A stretch of DNA of 53,780 bases, taken from positions 1 to 53,780 of the forward strand of contig DASYLW010000003.1 of the NCBI GenBank assembly GCA_036009385.1, read 5' to 3'. The first letter of the stretch is position 1. Each line of letters opens with the position of its first letter. Origin of the DNA: Caballeronia sp. (GTDB taxonomy: Bacteria; Pseudomonadota; Gammaproteobacteria; Burkholderiales; Burkholderiaceae). The position numbers and the translations under genes are program-made. Shown here piece by piece: positions 48,724-53,780 of the stretch. The notes under the pieces were generated by a model that was given only the letters and a program-made list of their open reading frames with translations, did no database searches and had not been told where the DNA came from.

Positions 48724-50022
48724 TCAGGCTTGCTTGAATTCATTCCAGCGACGCACCAGGTAATTGTGCTCGTCCATCACCGAGTTCCACACCGCAATGC
48801 GGCCCATGCGCGACACATAGTTGCCACCATCGCGTTGCTGACCCGCGGCGATCAGGTGCTTGCTGGTCGGACCCGGCAGTTCGGACTCTGCTGGCTTGCC
48901 ATCGTACCAGTAAGCCCATTCCGCCGCGTCGAGATAGCCGCGCGAGCGCTCGGCGTTCGAGATGTAGAACCCCTGTCGCGCCATGGCCGCGCCAGCCCAG
49001 CCGTCGAGCCACCAGTTGAGGTAATCATATGCGGCGTCGAGTACGCGTCCATGCGCGACACGGGACAGCGACATCCCTCCGAACCATGCGCGGTAGCCCT
49101 CTTTGGGACTGGCCAGCCGGAAGTGCAGACCGGCGCGCTGAAGTTCGACGGCCGCGGGCGACCAGACACTTTGGATCACAACCTTGTTGGCGATCATCAG
49201 TTGCGCAGCGTCTGCAAAAGTCGACCAAAAGCCGGCAAAGTGGCCGCGCCGCTTGAAGCCGATCAGCGTCGAGATCAGAGCGTCGATTTCTTCGATCGTC
49301 AGGTTGCCAATGTCCGCGAACTGCATGAGACCGCTGGCCTCGACAGCGAGCGCGGCGTCGATTGCCCCGATCGCGGCGTCCGCCTGCAACGCAACGCGGC
49401 CGGCCAGTTCCGGTGCAAGCAGCCACGCCCAGCTTTCCGGCGTCGCCGCCAATGACGGCGGCAATGCATCCTGGAGATAGACGAAGCTGTCCGCGTTGTG
49501 CGTCAGCGGCAGCATGCTGATGCGATCGGATGCCTTGCGGGCGAGCGAGCCGTCAGCCTGTACATAAAGGCGGTCAACCGGAACGCTTCCCGCGCTTGCG
49601 CACTTATGCCGCGCGAGGCTATTCGCGCGCGGCAGCGAATTGACTTCTTGCCAGTGCCTGATTCGCGCAACGTCGATCGGCTGAAGCGCCTGCGCGGGCC
49701 ACAGGTAATCGATGCTATGAAACCACTGATCGTAGATTTCGTAGCTCTCAGGGTGCATCACGCCGGCACGCTGGACGGCCGAACTGTCGTCGACGATGAA
49801 GCGCAGCCGGATCCCCAGATCTTCCTCGGCCTGCTTGCGGATGTGTTCCTGCAGCGTGGACGTAGTGCCCAGTACACGTAGTTCGACCTTGCCCCGGTGA
49901 ACCGCGGGTGCGCGGGCCGGTCCAGACGATGCCCCTGTTATGTCGTATGGCGCCGGGGATGCCGGATGAGGCGTCGGGGGATCGGGCTGGGGGCGGGGCG
50001 GTTTCGTGCGGGCTGTGTTCAA
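48724..50022 (-). CDS. PotD/PotF-like ABC substrate-binding protein lacking an obvious signal peptide
   Basis: Motifs ESWAWLL, QSVWSP, PKEGYRAW and YDYLNWW. The TTG start overlaps the cobW stop; the N-terminus is Pro-rich. Confidence 0.78.
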   Translation of the reverse strand: MNTARTKPPRPQPDPPTPHPASPAPYDITGASSGPARAPAVHRGKVELRVLGTTSTLQEHIRKQAEEDLGIRLRFIVDDSSAVQRAGVMHPESYEIYDQWFHSIDYLWPAQALQPIDVARIRHWQEVNSLPRANSLARHKCASAGSVPVDRLYVQADGSLARKASDRISMLPLTHNADSFVYLQDALPPSLAATPESWAWLLAPELAGRVALQADAAIGAIDAALAVEASGLMQFADIGNLTIEEIDALISTLIGFKRRGHFAGFWSTFADAAQLMIANKVVIQSVWSPAAVELQRAGLHFRLASPKEGYRAWFGGMSLSRVAHGRVLDAAYDYLNWWLDGWAGAAMARQGFYISNAERSRGYLDAAEWAYWYDGKPAESELPGPTSKHLIAAGQQRDGGNYVSRMGRIAVWNSVMDEHNYLVRRWNEFKQA

Positions 50023-51176
50023 TGATCAGGTTCTTCGAAGTGTTGACGGAACCGCGCATATGACGCTTCGACGATGTCGCGTGCGAGCCCCTCCGTGATG
50101 AAGACGAGCGTCGACCTCCTCCGGGCATCGGGCCACACCTCAAGATGCAGCACCGGATGGACCAAATGCTGTACGGCGTGTAGCACCGCCGGCTGAGCGC
50201 AGCCCGCGATCGACAGCAGGCCTTTGACGCGCAAGATCCTATCACCGTGACGATTCAGCAGCATAGTGAACCAGATCGTAAACACCTGCCAGTCGATCGG
50301 CTCGTCGATCTGCATGCAGAACGACACGATGTCCTGTGAGGCGGCCGGTCGGTCAGGCGCAGCAAGGGAAGACATGGCGCGGCGGTGCGCGAGCGACGCG
50401 GGGTCTCTCGACCAGGTGCGGTAACTGCCTTCGTCGCGCGCGCCATTGCATTCGGTGGCGGGTTCCGCGGACGTGGCCGAATCGAAGCCCGGAGATACCG
50501 CCCCGCTCGCCAACTCGCGCTGCACGCGGCCGAGCCGGCGCGTCAGATCAGTCGAGATAGCTGGAGCGAAAAGTATATCGCCCGTTTCCGACGCGCTTGC
50601 GCGCATCACCACTTCTGCCGCCGGGTTCAGTTCCGCAAGCATGCGGGCCAGCGCGGCAACGCTCGCAGGGTCAGCAAGGTCCGACTTGCTGATCACGAGC
50701 CGGTCGGCAGCGCTCACCTGCGCCAGCCATTCCGGATGCCGTGCGCGCTGCTGCGCGGCGTTGAGCGCGTCGACCACGGTCACCGTCGCGTTCAACGCAT
50801 AGTGACTGCGGATCACCGGATCGGCGAGCAGTGTCGCCATGATCGGCGCCGGTGTCGCAAGGCCTGTAGTCTCCAGCACCACTCGGGAAAACGGCGGCAG
50901 GTCACCGCGCGCGCGTTGCGAAAACAGCGTCGCCAAGGCCTCCTTGAGCTCACCGCGAATGGAGCAGCAGACGCAGCCGTTATCGAGCAGCACGGTGCGT
51001 GCATTGACTTCGCCGACCAGCAGATGATCGAGTCCCACTTCGCCGAACTCGTTGATCAGGACGGCGGTGTCTTTTGCCGCGTCGCCGCGAAGCAAGTCGG
51101 CGAGCAACGTCGACTTTCCGCTGCCAAGGAAACCTGTTACGAGCGTAACCGGCAGGATGTCGTAACTGGGACTCAT
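50019..51176 (-). CDS. CobW/COG0523 G3E GTPase metallochaperone
   Basis: Motifs GFLGSGKS, NEFGE, GCVCC, ETTG, SKSD and LRVKG. Confidence 0.93.
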   Translation of the reverse strand: MSPSYDILPVTLVTGFLGSGKSTLLADLLRGDAAKDTAVLINEFGEVGLDHLLVGEVNARTVLLDNGCVCCSIRGELKEALATLFSQRARGDLPPFSRVVLETTGLATPAPIMATLLADPVIRSHYALNATVTVVDALNAAQQRARHPEWLAQVSAADRLVISKSDLADPASVAALARMLAELNPAAEVVMRASASETGDILFAPAISTDLTRRLGRVQRELASGAVSPGFDSATSAEPATECNGARDEGSYRTWSRDPASLAHRRAMSSLAAPDRPAASQDIVSFCMQIDEPIDWQVFTIWFTMLLNRHGDRILRVKGLLSIAGCAQPAVLHAVQHLVHPVLHLEVWPDARRRSTLVFITEGLARDIVEASYARFRQHFEEPDH

Positions 51177-51547
51177 GATGCAGGTCGATCGTCCGCGAAA
51201 CGATGGCCGGTAGTGGCCGTCGCTCGATCGCCCGAGGGTGGCAGTGGGGATGGCGTTGCCTCGTCCACGTCGAAAAGGGTGAGCGGATCGAGGGGCCTTC
51301 CCAGCATCTGTTCGGCGACGCGCCAGACCTGCCCGAAATCGCCGACCAGTTCGCTTGCGCCCGTCGGGGACGACAGGACGAACGATTGTCCATGAAAATC
51401 GTCGAGCCGAAGCCGGCACGAAGCTAGCACGCGGTTCGCCAGGGCCACATGGATGAGGCGCTGGCTTCGTGCGTTCGCTCCTTTGACCGGCGGGATTATG
51501 TTAGACCAGTGATTGCTGCCACCCAGCAGCCCGCACATTCCACACAT
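51173..51547 (-). CDS. Small CxxC protein (MCGMCG...HW) coupled to CobW
   Basis: GGAG RBS; N-terminal CxxC; ATGA overlap with cobW. Confidence 0.78.
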   Translation of the reverse strand: MCGMCGLLGGSNHWSNIIPPVKGANARSQRLIHVALANRVLASCRLRLDDFHGQSFVLSSPTGASELVGDFGQVWRVAEQMLGRPLDPLTLFDVDEATPSPLPPSGDRATATTGHRFADDRPAS

Positions 51548-51549
51548 GC

Positions 51550-52584
51550 TCACACTCCGTCTGATGCTGGTTTTCCTGCAACCAACGACATTTCGTTGGG
51601 GCTGGAAAACGATGGAAATCGGGCACGCCAATTAAAAAGATCTTTGAACGCCTTGTCTAAAAGGAATTGGGGTTGATAACCGGTGTCCCGTTTGAGGCGC
51701 TCGATGCTCATTGGCGCGCGCGGAGTCGACGCACTTTGTCCGACCGTGCACCTCTCAAGTACGTCGGCGAATTCATAGCGAAACGCCGGAAAGCGCTGCT
51801 TGAGATGTTCACACCACCCCGCCACCGGCCAACGCATGCCGGCTGACAAATGGTAAATCGGCTCCGGCGTATCGTGTCGGTCGAGCAAGGCGGCAATGCC
51901 GCTTGTGACGTCGGTCGCGTACACCCAGTCATCGCCCGCGCCTTGATGCACGACCGCGGAACCACCCGCCTCGGCGATATCGGATAACTGCAGCGGCAGG
52001 CTAAGCGTGTCACGCATCCCGGTGTCATATTCCCATCTGCCGAATACGACGCCCAGCCGCGCTACCACAACGTTAAGGCCGCGGCTGCTGCGGTAGCGCA
52101 CCGCGGCGCGCTCCGCCGCGTATTTGCTGATGCCGTACAGCGTAAGCGGGACGGCCGGACTAATTTGCTCATCGAGCATCGCGCTGGCGGTGCCGGCCGC
52201 CCCGAAGATCGAACCGCTGCCGAGCTGAACAACGCGGCTTACGCCGTGGCGCAACGCTGCTTCCAGAAGTTCGACCGTTCCCAGCAGGTTCACGGTAAAG
52301 ATGTCGCGCGCGGCGCGCTTCTCGCGCGCGAGATCCGCCGTAACGGCCGCGCCGTGGACAACGCGGTCGATCGTATAGGAAGCAAACACGGCATCGAGAT
52401 CGGCTGGGACCGATACATCACCGTGGGCCAGGGATAACCTGCCGGGAAGGCGCTGCAGGGATGTGACCGCGATTGGCGGCGGCGCGCCAGGACCGAACAA
52501 GATGACGTCTACGCCCCGCGCGAGCAAGTTCTCCGCCACATTCAGGCCGACAAATCCGGCGCCGCCGGTAATTAAAATTGCCAT
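51550..52584 (-). CDS. NAD-dependent epimerase/dehydratase (extended SDR)
   Basis: Motifs TGGAGFVG, HGAA and YGISK; AAGGA RBS. Confidence 0.9.
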   Translation of the reverse strand: MAILITGGAGFVGLNVAENLLARGVDVILFGPGAPPPIAVTSLQRLPGRLSLAHGDVSVPADLDAVFASYTIDRVVHGAAVTADLAREKRAARDIFTVNLLGTVELLEAALRHGVSRVVQLGSGSIFGAAGTASAMLDEQISPAVPLTLYGISKYAAERAAVRYRSSRGLNVVVARLGVVFGRWEYDTGMRDTLSLPLQLSDIAEAGGSAVVHQGAGDDWVYATDVTSGIAALLDRHDTPEPIYHLSAGMRWPVAGWCEHLKQRFPAFRYEFADVLERCTVGQSASTPRAPMSIERLKRDTGYQPQFLLDKAFKDLFNWRARFPSFSSPNEMSLVAGKPASDGV

Positions 52585-52837
52585 TCCCGCATCCTTTAGA
52601 CCAATTGTGGCCACGCTCGAAACAGGGCCCGTGGCGCTCCTCTTCGGAACAACGCCTTGCCGAACTACATGCAACGGACAACCGGATTGACGGTTTTATG
52701 GCGCAGCCGACGCGGCAAGGCGAAGATTGTCGAACGGACGGCTGCACGCAGGGGGAAGGACGGCGCAAACACTACTGTATTTTGCGCATGCCAGTCACCG
52801 TCGGCTTCGTGTCGCGATTGGCGCGGCTTGCCTCGGC

Positions 52838-53779
52838 CTAACCGGCCCATCCATGTTCTGCCAATATACGGCTCACCTGCGCCGCTGCGTGTCGCAACGT
52901 GGCAATTTCACCCTCGCCCCAGACGCGCGTGCTGGGCACGTAGTGGAGCGATACAAATCCGATCAGCTCGTCGTGCGCCATCAGGGGCGCAAGCATCTGC
53001 GCCTTCACGCCGTACACAGCGGTCAACGCTTTGGGAGGCCTGACGGCGTGGTTCGCGCAATCGCTCTGGATCAGCAAATCGCGATTCGCTTCCAGCCACT
53101 TCACTGTCGGCAGGCTTCGCTGGTTCATCGAAGAATTTAGTTTCAGCGGGACGATTCCCGGCGCCATCGCTTCGGCGCAAACCGTATCGATATGGCAGTT
53201 ATGAGCGGGGATATCGATGCGCACAGTGGTCCGGCTCGCACCGGTCGCCTGCAACAGTGTGGCCATCGTCTGCTCCAGCGCGGTGAGCACCGGATTGTCT
53301 CGCAAAAGCTCGCCCCAGCCGTGCAGCGGCACATCGATGCCAGTCATTTGCAACGCCTTCCACAGCATCACACTGATGCTGTCGAAGATCGGCTTGCCCA
53401 ATTCCGCTTCCATTTCGTCGATAACGACGGTTGCCGGCAGATTGGCGCCTGCGACGACGATGCACTCGGCCTGCGACGAATCCGCCTCGCGCAGCAATTG
53501 TTTGATCCGCTCGAACGCGACATCGGCAATGCGAATGCTGTCGGTTTCATCGAGCCTCGCGGACTTCACCGCGGTCAATCCCTCAGCCTCGTAAGCATTG
53601 GTGATGCTGCGAGTTGTCGCCTCGACATACGGAGTCGCCAGTCCGAAATGCTTGATGCCATAGCGCTTCAGGACCTCGACCTGCGCTAGTGACGCGGTTG
53701 AAACTGGTACGTCCGTCACCCGGCCGATGTCCTCGCACAGTGCCAGATCGGTTTTAAAACCCTCGCTGGTCCAACTGCT
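52838..53779 (-). CDS. Asp/Glu racemase (maleate isomerase)-like domain fused to a GAF domain; 5' end outside window
   Basis: LATPY, IDEMEAELGKPIFDS and WGEL (racemase fold), then RTTVR...YGVKAQMLAPL...GFVSLH...RVW (GAF). The frame is open to the window edge. Confidence 0.8.
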   Translation of the reverse strand, partial: SSWTSEGFKTDLALCEDIGRVTDVPVSTASLAQVEVLKRYGIKHFGLATPYVEATTRSITNAYEAEGLTAVKSARLDETDSIRIADVAFERIKQLLREADSSQAECIVVAGANLPATVVIDEMEAELGKPIFDSISVMLWKALQMTGIDVPLHGWGELLRDNPVLTALEQTMATLLQATGASRTTVRIDIPAHNCHIDTVCAEAMAPGIVPLKLNSSMNQRSLPTVKWLEANRDLLIQSDCANHAVRPPKALTAVYGVKAQMLAPLMAHDELIGFVSLHYVPSTRVWGEGEIATLRHAAAQVSRILAEHGWAG

Positions 53780-53780
53780 T

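Noticed and set aside
1-53780. CRISPR arrays, tRNA/rRNA, integrase or intact transposase
   Set aside because: No regularly spaced repeats, RNA gene signatures or recombinase motifs were seen by eye.

Overview
GC-rich Burkholderiaceae-like DNA (Paraburkholderia/Caballeronia-like; inferred from protein similarity and gene content). The window is a patchwork of accessory metabolic modules with visible decay scars. In order: etfA; an itaconate/mesaconate/methylsuccinate-type C5-dicarboxylate catabolic operon (ich-acd-ict-prpD-ccl-like) flanked by pseudogenes; a LacI-controlled polyol/ketose ABC transporter with dhaL/dhaK; a divergent pair of a SAM-adenylate cyclase-STAND-TPR protein and a SulP-STAS-cNMP transporter; a rhamnolipid cluster (rhlA, ICMT-family methyltransferase, rhlB, MFS, rhlC, OM factor, HlyD) followed directly by rmlBACD; an IS701-like remnant; a GntR-regulated peptide ABC system with creatininase-, PanE- and SDR-family genes on one arm and an isoaspartyl peptidase plus an orphan methylaspartate ammonia-lyase (MAL) on the other; and a GntR/SBP/CobW/epimerase/racemase-GAF cluster cut by the window end. 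The best lead for an undescribed system is the peptide ABC + isoaspartyl peptidase + MAL operon with no glutamate mutase in the window. Its expected product, mesaconate, fits the C5 operon about 40 kb away, and a 29-codon relic of an Ict-like CoA-transferase lies just upstream of mal. No rRNA, tRNA or CRISPR array was seen. Family calls come from recognised motifs only; no database searches were run.
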